A DNA stretch of 64,000 bases, from the NCBI GenBank assembly GCA_016788295.1, contig JAEUSY010000013.1:1862-65861 (forward strand), in the 5' to 3' direction. Below are positions 23,038 to 33,032 of the stretch, piece by piece. A program made the translations under genes and the position numbers. The notes under the pieces were generated by a model, which had not been told where the DNA came from, did not search any database, and saw only the letters and a program-made list of their open reading frames with translations. This stretch comes from Flavobacteriales bacterium. Lineage in GTDB: Bacteria; Bacteroidota; Bacteroidia; Flavobacteriales_F; PHOS-HE28. Numbering within the stretch: the first letter of the stretch is position 1; each line of letters opens with the position of its first letter.

Positions 23038-23712
23038 ATGGCTATCTTGACGGCTCCCAAACAACGCCCAGTGGTCTCCGATCCTGCATCCGGCCCTGCT
23101 TCCCCGCGCCTCACCCTTTCTTGGGTGAACACCGATGCGGCAGAACAGGTCTACGCCCCGCTGATCGATGGCTGTACGGCTGGCGACCGGCGTTCACAGC
23201 GCAGGGTGTATGAGCTGTTCTATGGCAAGATGATGGCCGTGTGCATGCGCTACACCAAGAACACCGACCAAGCGAAGGATATCCTCCAGGACGGGTTCAT
23301 CAAGGTGTTCGCCAGCATGGAGAAATTCAATCGTGCGGGCTCCTTCGAGGGCTGGATCCGCCGGATCGTGGTGAACACGGCCATAGACCATTTCCGTCGC
23401 TCCAAGAACGCCTATCTGCTTCTTGGTGAGGAACGTAGCATTGAGGACTTCGGTGACCAGGATGAGGAGGACGTGATCGCTGATGAGGAGGGGGATGAGG
23501 AATGGGAGGTACGACCAGCGGACGTGATCAACGCCATGCAGAAGTTGACACCGGCGTACCGCACCGTGTTCAACCTCTATGTGTTCGAGGAACTTACACA
23601 CCAGGAGATCGCCAATATGCTCGGCATCAACGTGGGTACTTCCAAGAGCAATCTTGCCAAAGCGAAACATAATCTGAAGAAGTTGCTTACAAAGGGGCAA
23701 AAGCTCCGCTAA
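23038..23712 (+). CDS. RNA polymerase sigma-70 factor, ECF subfamily
   Basis: Region 2 (ELFYGKMMAVCMRYTKNTDQAKDILQDGFIKVF) and region 4 (YRTVFNLYVFEELTHQEIANMLGINVGTSKSNL). Confidence 0.85.
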   Translation: MAILTAPKQRPVVSDPASGPASPRLTLSWVNTDAAEQVYAPLIDGCTAGDRRSQRRVYELFYGKMMAVCMRYTKNTDQAKDILQDGFIKVFASMEKFNRAGSFEGWIRRIVVNTAIDHFRRSKNAYLLLGEERSIEDFGDQDEEDVIADEEGDEEWEVRPADVINAMQKLTPAYRTVFNLYVFEELTHQEIANMLGINVGTSKSNLAKAKHNLKKLLTKGQKLR

Positions 23713-23716
23713 CGGC

Positions 23717-24988
23717 ATGACGAACATGAAGGGATACGATCCATTCGAGCACTCCATCCGGGAGTCGTTGGGGTCCTATGAGGTCCCCTATAACTCTGCG
23801 GATTGGACGCAGCTCGAGCGCCGGATGGACCAAGGGGGGGGCACAGGACGGTCACTATCCGCCGGTCTCATCGCGTTGCTCTTCGGTGGCACCTTGGCAG
23901 CTGGCAGTGCACTTTGGCTTATGCTGCAGACCTCACCATCGGTTGAGGCGGACCATTCCGATGAGCCGACACTGGCCGAGGTAGTTGAAAGAGGTGAGGC
24001 TCTCGGCACCTCGGAAGTAACTATGACCGATGGTTCCGAGCAGGACCTTGATGCAGAGCGAACATCCGCAGTGTCGCCAAACGCGGTATCAACAGGTCAT
24101 ACTAGCGCAGGCAGCTTCGCCCAACGGGCAAACGCTGGCGTACAAAGCGAAAACAACGGACAACCCTCGAACACTTCGACCGAGCGCCCAACCCCCCCGG
24201 TCAATAAGGAAGTTGCCATCCGGCCCAGCATTACTTCCGGCTGCCCTGGCACCACAGTGAACTTTGACGCTCAGAACCTTCCCGAAGGCGGCATTTATCT
24301 CTGGAACTTCGGAGATGGATCATTCTCGAATAAGCCATCCCCCAGCCATACGTTCTCTAAATCAGGTGTTTTCGAGGTCATGTTATCCCACTCATCCATG
24401 GGTGGTGGTAACATCTCCAACAAACCAGCTTCCGACCGGATCGTTATACACGAGGTCCCCGAAGCCTCTTTCAACACCCTGAAGCAGGAATACGACAATA
24501 CGGTGCCCTCGGTACATTTTGAGAACCGTAGCGTGGGTGCCAAGAGCTACACGTGGGACTTTGGTGATGGCACCACATCCAGCACACCGCACCCGGACCA
24601 TGTTTACAAACAAAAGGGCGCCTACCATGTGATCCTTACAGTGACCAATGCCAACGGTTGTTCGGACCGCACTGAACGCACTGTACGCATTGATGAGGAT
24701 TATAACCTACTGGCACCCAATACGTTTTCCCCAAACAATGACGGCGTGGAGGACACCTTCATGCCTGAAGCGCTGAAGTCTCTGGGCGTGAAGTTCAACT
24801 TGACCATACATGACCCACGTACTGGGCTGCTCGTTTTCGAATCCACCGATGCCCAGCGCACATGGAATGGACGCATGGGCGGCAAGGGCGAGTTATGTGC
24901 ACCTGGAGAATACGTGTGGATGGTAGAGATGAAGGACGGCGAAAAGCTGGGCGGGACCTACAACGGTAATGTAAGCTTGGTCCGGTGA
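23717..24988 (+). CDS. Anti-sigma-like single-pass membrane protein with extracytoplasmic PKD domain and T9SS type-B (gliding-motility-associated) C-terminal domain
   Basis: Starts 5 bp after the sigma gene. About 45-aa cytoplasmic N-terminus, then a TM helix (LIALLFGGTLAAGSALWLML). PKD motif (YTWDFGDGTTSSTPHPDHVY). C-terminal LAPNTFSPNNDGVEDTF...GEYVWMVEM...VSLVR. Confidence 0.6.
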   Translation: MTNMKGYDPFEHSIRESLGSYEVPYNSADWTQLERRMDQGGGTGRSLSAGLIALLFGGTLAAGSALWLMLQTSPSVEADHSDEPTLAEVVERGEALGTSEVTMTDGSEQDLDAERTSAVSPNAVSTGHTSAGSFAQRANAGVQSENNGQPSNTSTERPTPPVNKEVAIRPSITSGCPGTTVNFDAQNLPEGGIYLWNFGDGSFSNKPSPSHTFSKSGVFEVMLSHSSMGGGNISNKPASDRIVIHEVPEASFNTLKQEYDNTVPSVHFENRSVGAKSYTWDFGDGTTSSTPHPDHVYKQKGAYHVILTVTNANGCSDRTERTVRIDEDYNLLAPNTFSPNNDGVEDTFMPEALKSLGVKFNLTIHDPRTGLLVFESTDAQRTWNGRMGGKGELCAPGEYVWMVEMKDGEKLGGTYNGNVSLVR

Positions 24989-25010
24989 CTGTTGACAAAC
25001 GCACCTCGTT

Positions 25011-25046
25011 AATGAGCCCGGCCCCAGCCGGGCTCATTATTTTTGT
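25011..25046 (+). terminator. Rho-independent terminator
   Basis: AATGAGCCCGGC-ccca-GCCGGGCTCATT followed by ATTTTTG. Confidence 0.65.
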
Positions 25047-25184
25047 CATCAGGCAACCAAAACAGTCGCCGATCCATCATTCTTCCACGCGAGCTTTCCA
25101 GTGGGAGCGTGACTCCTCTCCAGGGTCTTGTTCCTAACTTGACAATTACGCACAGTCCTTCCTTCCAAGCGATCGATCTATCTC

Positions 25185-28100
25185 ATGATCAGCAACTTGC
25201 ACAACTTCATCCGGCTGGCTACCCTGTGCTTGGCATGTGTCTTGAGCACGCCCCAGGTCACCTATGCCCAACAGTTCAGCATAACTGCAGGTAGTATCAC
25301 CACTTGCGCAGGAGTTCTTGAGGATAGTGGTGGTCCTGCGGGGCAATACGGCAACGGGGAAAATTACACGGCCGTGATCTGTCCGGACATCCCCGGAGAT
25401 GGCATCTCCCTGCTCTGGGCCGTGTTCAACCTGAGCAATACCGGCCCCAATCCTGTGGACCGCATACGGATCTGGGATGGCAATTCCACGGCAGAGACTT
25501 TTCTTGGCGAATACACAGGAACGGCATTGCAGGGCTTGATCGTTTCCGCCACCACCTTTAACAGTTCAGGTTGCCTTACTGTACAGTTCATTTCGAATGC
25601 GAACGGGGTTGGCGACTTTGCCGCTGCCATTACGTGCTTCACTCCGTGCGAGCGTCCAGTGGCGGTCGCTACCATGACCGAGGCAAGTCCAGCATTGGTA
25701 TGCATTGGCGAGACCATTGATTTCGATGGCATGGCGTCCTATGCGGCGGCAGGCTTCAATATCGTTTCCTACACATGGGATTTCGATGACGGTACTACGG
25801 ATAACTCTCCGGTCACATCGCACGCTTACTACGAACCAGGTGAATACATTGTCCAGTTGAACCTGATCGATGACAACGATTGTGTGAATGCCAACGTGGT
25901 GGACCTTCAGATCTTGGTGAGCACGACGCCGATATTTGCCGGAACCACGGAAAGTCTGGAAGTCTGTTTGGGGTCGACCGTTGACCTTACCGGGGTCGCC
26001 GTTCCTGTAACGTGGACAGGCATTCCAGAAGCGAACTTTGGGAACGGGGTATACTTGCCCGATGACGTGGGCACACCATTTTCAAGCGAGCTGACCTTTG
26101 CTCAATTCGAACCTGGCCAGACGCTCACGAATGTGAATGACCTGCTTTCCATATGCATCAGCATGGAGCATTCATTCATGGGTGATCTGGTGCTCTCCGT
26201 TACGTGCCCGAGTGGACAGGTCATCATTCTGCACCAGCAAGGCGGAGGAGGAACCTACATAGGTGGCGCCAACGATGGTGATGGGAATACGAATCCTGTT
26301 CCCGGCACGTGCTGGGATTACTGTTGGTCGCCGACCGCCACCTTGGGTACATGGGTGCAAAGTGCAGCCTTCGGCACCTCCCCGAACGTGATGCAGGGAG
26401 GTACTCCGCCCAACAATGCCCTTATTCCCGGCACATACACCTCTCTACAACCTTGGAGCAACTTGGCAGGTTGTCCGCTCAATGGCACATGGACATTCAC
26501 CTCGCTGGATCTTTGGGGCGCGGACAATGGGTTCCTCTGCAACTGGTCGCTCAACTTCAACCCTGGCATCATTCCGGATGTCACACAATTCACTCCGGAC
26601 CTCGGCTTGAGCACGTTGGATTCGACCTATTGGATCGGACCCTACGGAACGCCTGACCCGAACAACCCGACCGAGCTCAGCTTCACGCCGGACCTGCCCG
26701 GTTCGTATAACTACACCTACCTGGTAACGGACAATTTCGGCTGTACTTACGACACTACCATTACCGTGACGGTGGCGGAACAAATGGTGATCGATGCCGG
26801 ACCGGACATTATCCTTTGCAATGACCCGCTACCCATGGCCGGCCAGATCGTGGCCAACGGGCCTCCGACCAACTGCACCTGGGTATTACAACTCCTGGAA
26901 ACGTTCGGGGATTCATGGAACGGAGGGGCAACATTGGCTGTCATCATTGATGGGGCACAAACCAATTATTCCATCTCTACGAACGGCACACTTCAGCAAT
27001 CGATAAACCTTAGTGTTTCCACAGGGTCATCGATCATTCTACAGTACACAGCAGGAACGATCTTCAATGGCGAGAACTCCTTCCGTCTGTATGACGACCT
27101 TGGTAACATTGTCTATCAATCGCCTCAAGGTCCTCCCACAGGTGTGGCTTGGTCCGGTACGATCTCTTGTGACGGTGGCACCTCACCAACTGTATGGGAA
27201 TGGTCGCCGACCGGAGGCCTCGACGATCCTTCCGATCCGTTGACCAATGTTTTCACGACCCAATCCACATGGTACGTTCTCACAGCCTATCCTGCTGGCA
27301 ATCCGCAGTGTGCCGTTGTGGACAGCGTGAACGTTAGCCCCGACCCATCGATCAACGCCGGACAGAGCAATGCACTGATCATCTGCGCCAGCGAACCCGT
27401 TTTCCTGATGACCGACTCTCTATTAGGCACACCCGATCTGGGTGGCGTATGGACGGATGCGGCCGGCAACGTTATGCCCGACACGTTCGATCCGGACAAT
27501 GGCGTTACCGGGGTATACACCTACACTGTAACGAGCGCTGCGGGCTGCCAAGCCACCTCGACCTTGGACATTACAGTGATACCCGCCGACGACCCGACCT
27601 GTTGCGGTGTAGTGGATGCTGGTCTGCCTGCCTTCTCCTGCAACCTATCCATCGCACTAAGCGCTACTCCCGGCAATACAGGTGTCGGAAACTGGGTTGG
27701 ACCTGTTGGGGCCATTTTCGCTGATGCCTTCGCCACACAGACCACGGTAAGTGTGCAGCCTGGCATGGGCGGTTCGCACTGGTTCTATTGGGTCGAGGAC
27801 GATGGAGCGTTCTGCTACCTGATCGACAGCGTGCAGATGACCTTCACCGACACGATCATCATTTCCTTCACCCACACGGACGCCATCTGCTTCACTTACT
27901 GTGATGGCACAGCGCAATCCACCATTACCGGAGGGAATGCAGCCGCGGGGTTCAATTATACCTGGAGCAACGGCTCGAACGGAGTTAACGTGGATGCCGT
28001 GACCGGCCTATGCGCGGGCACCTACACACTGACCGTGACAGACGACAATGGATGCACTGGTTCCAATACCGTTGTGATCAACGAACCGATCCTACTGGAG

Positions 28101-28865
28101 ATCGATTCGCTTGCCACACAACCGGTCACGTGCTCAGGTGATTGCGACGGTCAAGTGGAGGTCTATGATCCAGAGGCGGTCTGGTACAGCTACGACGACG
28201 GTGCCACATGGACGAATTCCTCGGTGCTTGTTGATGCTTGCGAAGGCATTTACCCGATCCGCATCCGGAATGCCGCTGATTGCATTGGCACAGGAGCGAT
28301 CGCCGTGACAGGCCCTCCTCCAGTCGTTGCTGCGTTCGAGTGGGCACCCATTCCCGCCGACGTGAACGACCCCACGATCTACTTCAATACCACCTCGACC
28401 GGTTCAGACCATTACTACTGGGATATTGCCGGACTAACAAGCAGTACACTACCGAACCCCTCCTACACCTTCAACAACAAGGAACCGGGTGTTTACAACG
28501 TTTGCTTGACCGCTTTCAACTTCAATGAATGCCCGGATACGATCTGCCACGACATCATTATTGACGATGTGCTTTTCGTGTACATCCCGAACTCCTTTAC
28601 TCCGGACGGCGATGGGCTTAACGAGGTTTGGGGCATGAGCACCAATATCCCCGCGATCACCAATTTTGAGATGTACGTGTTCGACCGTTGGGGACAGGTG
28701 GTGTACAACACGAACAACCCTTACGCGACCGGCTTCTGGAATGGAGCTTACCAAAACAGCGGCTCCGTGCTGAAGAGCGATGTTTACGCTTATCGGATCA
28801 CGTATGAGATAGCGGCGACATTGGTTCGCAAGGAACTCATGGGCCATGTGACACTCTTGAAGTAA
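25185..28865 (+). CDS. Giant secreted adhesin-like protein (paralog 1): CUB-like N-domain, PKD, proprotein-convertase P-domain, FGDGWNGG module, SprB-like Cys repeats, PKD, T9SS type-B CTD
   Basis: Signal peptide. CUB-like CxGxL...ICP...I.DG pattern. P-domain ICISMEHSFMGDLVLSVTCPSGQ. SprB-like repeat CDGTAQSTITGGNAAAGFNYTWSNG. C-terminal FVYIPNSFTPDGDGLNEVW...GHVTLLK. Confidence 0.8.
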   Translation: MISNLHNFIRLATLCLACVLSTPQVTYAQQFSITAGSITTCAGVLEDSGGPAGQYGNGENYTAVICPDIPGDGISLLWAVFNLSNTGPNPVDRIRIWDGNSTAETFLGEYTGTALQGLIVSATTFNSSGCLTVQFISNANGVGDFAAAITCFTPCERPVAVATMTEASPALVCIGETIDFDGMASYAAAGFNIVSYTWDFDDGTTDNSPVTSHAYYEPGEYIVQLNLIDDNDCVNANVVDLQILVSTTPIFAGTTESLEVCLGSTVDLTGVAVPVTWTGIPEANFGNGVYLPDDVGTPFSSELTFAQFEPGQTLTNVNDLLSICISMEHSFMGDLVLSVTCPSGQVIILHQQGGGGTYIGGANDGDGNTNPVPGTCWDYCWSPTATLGTWVQSAAFGTSPNVMQGGTPPNNALIPGTYTSLQPWSNLAGCPLNGTWTFTSLDLWGADNGFLCNWSLNFNPGIIPDVTQFTPDLGLSTLDSTYWIGPYGTPDPNNPTELSFTPDLPGSYNYTYLVTDNFGCTYDTTITVTVAEQMVIDAGPDIILCNDPLPMAGQIVANGPPTNCTWVLQLLETFGDSWNGGATLAVIIDGAQTNYSISTNGTLQQSINLSVSTGSSIILQYTAGTIFNGENSFRLYDDLGNIVYQSPQGPPTGVAWSGTISCDGGTSPTVWEWSPTGGLDDPSDPLTNVFTTQSTWYVLTAYPAGNPQCAVVDSVNVSPDPSINAGQSNALIICASEPVFLMTDSLLGTPDLGGVWTDAAGNVMPDTFDPDNGVTGVYTYTVTSAAGCQATSTLDITVIPADDPTCCGVVDAGLPAFSCNLSIALSATPGNTGVGNWVGPVGAIFADAFATQTTVSVQPGMGGSHWFYWVEDDGAFCYLIDSVQMTFTDTIIISFTHTDAICFTYCDGTAQSTITGGNAAAGFNYTWSNGSNGVNVDAVTGLCAGTYTLTVTDDNGCTGSNTVVINEPILLEIDSLATQPVTCSGDCDGQVEVYDPEAVWYSYDDGATWTNSSVLVDACEGIYPIRIRNAADCIGTGAIAVTGPPPVVAAFEWAPIPADVNDPTIYFNTTSTGSDHYYWDIAGLTSSTLPNPSYTFNNKEPGVYNVCLTAFNFNECPDTICHDIIIDDVLFVYIPNSFTPDGDGLNEVWGMSTNIPAITNFEMYVFDRWGQVVYNTNNPYATGFWNGAYQNSGSVLKSDVYAYRITYEIAATLVRKELMGHVTLLK

Positions 28866-28883
28866 GTCCAAAAACCCTTAACA

Positions 28884-28917
28884 AGAGCGGCGACCACTGG
28901 TCGCCGCTCTTGTTTCC
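28884..28917 (+). terminator. Rho-independent terminator
   Basis: AGAGCGGCGACC-act-GGTCGCCGCTCT followed by TGTTTCC. Confidence 0.65.
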
Positions 28918-29077
28918 GACCGTTTGGGCGTTCAACAGCTGGCCCTTTGATGGCGGAAGGAAAGGTGTACTTGTCCGATCTTTGACAGTGGTCAAATAAG
29001 GATCAGTGCGCACAATGAACAGCCAGGGAACTTTTCACGGCGTTCGTGCGTCATCATCCCGACCGCACCGCTCAACC

Positions 29078-32000
29078 ATGATGCCGACCTCCCATTTCGT
29101 GTATAGGTTCACTCGCTTTGTCTCTTTGATGCTCGCTTTGGCTTGGTTCACACTGGCCCAAGCCCAAGTGATCCACAACATTGCCGATGGTAACCTTAAC
29201 GCATGCGATGGTGCCATTGTGGATAGCGGCGGGGAAGGTGGGCCCGGCTACGGCAACAACGAGAGCCATACTGCCACGATTTGCCCGGGCACACCCGGCG
29301 AAGGGGTCAGCCTCAACTTCATCATGTTCAACCTGAGCACTGCCGGGCCAGCACCATTGGACCAGCTCACGGTCTTCGATGGCGACAACACTGGAGCACC
29401 GGTGATCGGCACCTACACAGGCACTGAACTACAGGGACAGATCGTCTTTGCATCAGCGACCAACCCAACAGGTTGCCTCACTTTGTTCTTCACTTCCAAC
29501 GACAACGGAACGGGTACGTTCGCGGCTTCCATCACGTGCTACACACCATGTATTCCGCCTGATGCGGTGGCACAAATGAGCGAGCCTGCACCCGCCTTGG
29601 TCTGCGTAGGTGAGGACGTTACGTTCGACTGTAGTGCATCAACCGCGGCTGCAGGCTTCAACATCGTTAGCCGGGTCTGGGACTTCAATGATGGCACAAC
29701 AGATGAGGGCGCCGTGGTGCAACACAACTTCTCAGAACCGGGCGACTACCTGGTACAGTTGACGTTGACGGATGATAACGGCTGCACAAATACCAACCTC
29801 GTGGACCTGCTGGTGCTTGTTGGCACCACGCCGCTGTTCAACGGCACTACGCCAAGCCTGACCGTTTGTGAAGGAGCCACGGTAGACCTAACGGGTATTG
29901 TGACACCGGTGATGTGGACAGGCATTCCCGAGATCGATTTCGGTGACGGGGTATATCTCCCGGATAATGTGGGAAGCACGTTCACAAGCCAAGTAAGCAA
30001 CACCTATTTCTCTCCTGGAGCAACGCTGACCAACGTGAATGACCTTTTGTCCATTTGTGTGGACATGGAGCATTCGTTCATGGGCGACCTTGTCATCAAT
30101 CTCACCTGCCCCAACGGACAAAGCGTCGTGCTGCACCAACAAGGTGGAGGAGGCACCTTCCTGGGAGGCGCGAACGATGGGGATGACAACAACCCGCAGC
30201 CTGGGACCTGTTGGAACTATTGCTGGGCACCCAATGCGCCCAACGGCACCTGGGTACAATCGGTCGGTGCAGGACTGACCATGCCTTCTGGCACTGGCGG
30301 CAACGCTTTGCAACCAGGCACCTACTCCAGCGTTGGTAGCATGAACAACCTGCTCGGCTGCCCGCTGAACGGTACATGGACCATCGCCTTCACCGACCTC
30401 TGGGGCATAGACAACGGTTTCCTCTGTGCTTGGAACATGGACTTCAGCCCATCGCTCTATCCTGACCTGGTCCAGTTCACTCCCGTGCCCGGTTACAGTA
30501 CCACGGACTCCATGTACTGGTCCGGCCCGAACGTGGTGATCAACCCGGCCGACCCGCTTACAGGCTCGGTGACAGTGAACGATCCCGGCGTGTTCAACTA
30601 CACGTTCAACGTAACGGACAATTTCGGGTGTGTGTACGACACCACGATCACGATCACAGTGACGAATGCTCCGGTCGTAGAGGCCACCATGACCTTGGGT
30701 GCGGGCTGTAGTGATCCCGCCCAATTGGACGCGACCATCGTGGCATTCCCCCCTCCCCCGCCGCCATGCAACTACACGCTCACACTTTACGACTCGTTCG
30801 GTGATGGATGGAACGGGGGTGCGAACGTGCAGGTAGTGATCAACGGTGTGGCAACGACCTACTCGCTTCCACCCGGCGGGAACTCAGCATCGTATCCCAT
30901 TAGTGTGCAGACCGGAGCTACTATCTCGCTCGTATTCACGGCCGGGAACATTTGGAACAACGAGAACTCGCTGGCCCTTTTCAGCTATTCCGGAGCCACA
31001 TTGTACACGTCACCGGCCGGCCCTCCCACATCCACGCTTTGGACAGGAACCGGCAACTGCGGCCCGAACAGTGGACCCGTGGTGTATGCATGGACCCCGG
31101 CCGCTGGCGTTGTCTCCCCAACAAGCGCAAGTACCCTCACACAGATCACTCAGCCCACGGAATTCGTGGTGACCATACACCCACCTGGCCAGCCGTGGTG
31201 CAACACCACGGATACCGTTCTAGTGGCGCCTCCCTCATTCCTTGAAAGCGACAGTATCGTTACGCATGTGCTCTGCAACGGCGGGGACGGTTCGATCGAG
31301 ATCATCAATACTGGCCTTGGCGGCCCATGGAACTACCTCTGGACGAACGACCAGGGCGCAACTGTAAGTCAGGTGAACGGCGCTTTCGGGAATACACTTA
31401 CTGCTCCTGCTGGAACGTATACGGTGATCGTGACAGAAGGCGGGCCTGCGGCTAATGGATGTGCGGATACCCTAACGACCTCCATAACGGAACCAGAACT
31501 GCTGTTGTGGGACGTGCTGCCAGTTGATACCACGATCTGCCTCACCGGCATTGCCCAACTTGCTGCCACCACCACCGGCGGTACTGGCAACATCACCATA
31601 GTGTGGACTCCGGGCCTCGTGGGTAGCGGCCCCCACAACGTCAGCCCCGCGAACACCACAACGTACGCCCTGCAGGCCACTGACGCCAACGGTTGTGTCA
31701 TCGGTGGTGAGCAGGTCACCGTGACCGTGCTTCCTGCATTATCATACCTCCCGCTACAACCCGATGCGGAGTGCTTCGGTATTCCGGTGGATTACTTCGC
31801 GGTTGGTGTAAGCGGCGGTGATGGCGCCTACCAGTACGATTGGGGGCAGGGCCCACAACCGAGCCCCACAGCAACTTTCACATTGCCAGTTACCGGTACT
31901 GTTTGCATGACCTTGAGCGACGGCTGCGAAACACCACCGTTGACCACCTGTGCAACACTGGAGATATTGCAGACACCGCCCTTAGAACTGGTGGCCGACA

Positions 32001-32770
32001 CGGTGTTCGGATGCGCACCTTTTACGGTGGGCTTTGCACTAACGGACACAACAGGTGGAGCACAAGTGCGATGGTCATTCGGTCATGGACCTTCCGTGCA
32101 AGCACCACCGAACACCATACACGTGTATAATGTGGCCGGCAACTATACAGTGGGGGTTGAGGTGACCTGGCCGAACGGCTGCATTACGGACACGAGCATC
32201 GCACAAATGATCCGGGTGATCTCCGTGCCTATCGCGAGCATGACCTACAGCCCACGCCCGCCCACAGTGAATAATTCAGAGGTGCAGTTCCAGGATACGT
32301 CCATACCCAATGCGGTCTCATGGTTCTGGGATTTTGATGAGCTGGGTACCAGCACAGAGCAGGATCCCGTGGTGGAATTCCCCAACGAAACGAGTGGTGT
32401 TTACCCCGTGCTTTTCGCGGTTGCCAATGAACTGGGATGCTCCGACACGTTGCGCACTTTGGTCGAGGTGCAGGACGAGTTCCTTGTTTGGGTGCCGAAC
32501 ACCTTTACACCGAACGATGACGCACATAACCAGACCTTCTTCATCAGCGGGAATGACATCGCCACAGACGAGTTCGAACTGATCATCTTCGACCGCTGGG
32601 GACATGAGGTGTTCAACACTACCGATCCATACCTGGCATGGAACGGCACCCACATGAACAAAGGAGGAGAGATACTTCCCACCGGCATCTATAATTGGCG
32701 CTTGAGCGTACGATCACAGTCCACACAAAAGGAAAAGATCATCTACGGTCATGTGAACCTGCTGAAGTGA
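29078..32770 (+). CDS. Giant secreted adhesin-like protein (paralog 2), same architecture as 25185..28865
   Basis: Signal peptide MMPTSHFVYRFTRFVSLMLALAWFTLAQA. The CUB-like domain, P-domain (ICVDMEHSFMGDLVINLTCPNGQ), FGDGWNGGANVQVVINGV module and type-B CTD (LVWVPNTFTPNDDAHNQTF...GHVNLLK) are collinear with paralog 1. Confidence 0.8.
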   Translation: MMPTSHFVYRFTRFVSLMLALAWFTLAQAQVIHNIADGNLNACDGAIVDSGGEGGPGYGNNESHTATICPGTPGEGVSLNFIMFNLSTAGPAPLDQLTVFDGDNTGAPVIGTYTGTELQGQIVFASATNPTGCLTLFFTSNDNGTGTFAASITCYTPCIPPDAVAQMSEPAPALVCVGEDVTFDCSASTAAAGFNIVSRVWDFNDGTTDEGAVVQHNFSEPGDYLVQLTLTDDNGCTNTNLVDLLVLVGTTPLFNGTTPSLTVCEGATVDLTGIVTPVMWTGIPEIDFGDGVYLPDNVGSTFTSQVSNTYFSPGATLTNVNDLLSICVDMEHSFMGDLVINLTCPNGQSVVLHQQGGGGTFLGGANDGDDNNPQPGTCWNYCWAPNAPNGTWVQSVGAGLTMPSGTGGNALQPGTYSSVGSMNNLLGCPLNGTWTIAFTDLWGIDNGFLCAWNMDFSPSLYPDLVQFTPVPGYSTTDSMYWSGPNVVINPADPLTGSVTVNDPGVFNYTFNVTDNFGCVYDTTITITVTNAPVVEATMTLGAGCSDPAQLDATIVAFPPPPPPCNYTLTLYDSFGDGWNGGANVQVVINGVATTYSLPPGGNSASYPISVQTGATISLVFTAGNIWNNENSLALFSYSGATLYTSPAGPPTSTLWTGTGNCGPNSGPVVYAWTPAAGVVSPTSASTLTQITQPTEFVVTIHPPGQPWCNTTDTVLVAPPSFLESDSIVTHVLCNGGDGSIEIINTGLGGPWNYLWTNDQGATVSQVNGAFGNTLTAPAGTYTVIVTEGGPAANGCADTLTTSITEPELLLWDVLPVDTTICLTGIAQLAATTTGGTGNITIVWTPGLVGSGPHNVSPANTTTYALQATDANGCVIGGEQVTVTVLPALSYLPLQPDAECFGIPVDYFAVGVSGGDGAYQYDWGQGPQPSPTATFTLPVTGTVCMTLSDGCETPPLTTCATLEILQTPPLELVADTVFGCAPFTVGFALTDTTGGAQVRWSFGHGPSVQAPPNTIHVYNVAGNYTVGVEVTWPNGCITDTSIAQMIRVISVPIASMTYSPRPPTVNNSEVQFQDTSIPNAVSWFWDFDELGTSTEQDPVVEFPNETSGVYPVLFAVANELGCSDTLRTLVEVQDEFLVWVPNTFTPNDDAHNQTFFISGNDIATDEFELIIFDRWGHEVFNTTDPYLAWNGTHMNKGGEILPTGIYNWRLSVRSQSTQKEKIIYGHVNLLK

Positions 32771-32789
32771 CCGGCTCGATCTTCATTGC

Positions 32790-32830
32790 GAAGGGCTGAT
32801 GGCGATCCATCGGCCCTTTTGCTTTTCGCA
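32790..32830 (+). terminator. Putative Rho-independent terminator
   Basis: AAGGGCTGATGG-cgat-CCATCGGCCCTT followed by TTGCTTTTCGC. The stem is imperfect. Confidence 0.45.
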
Positions 32831-33032
32831 TCCATTGGCTTGTTCGTGGGTGATAATCAGACGTTCGTCCAAAACACGACCGCAAAGGCGCCTAATATCC
32901 GCAAGGCTGCTATTTTCATCGCTGAACCACCCGAACGATCGTCCTTAAGGGGGTCGTCGAGAACCAACACGCAGCATGCCCCTGCGCTGGACAATATTCT
33001 TGGAACGGATATCAAGCTTGGGCTTGACCCGC

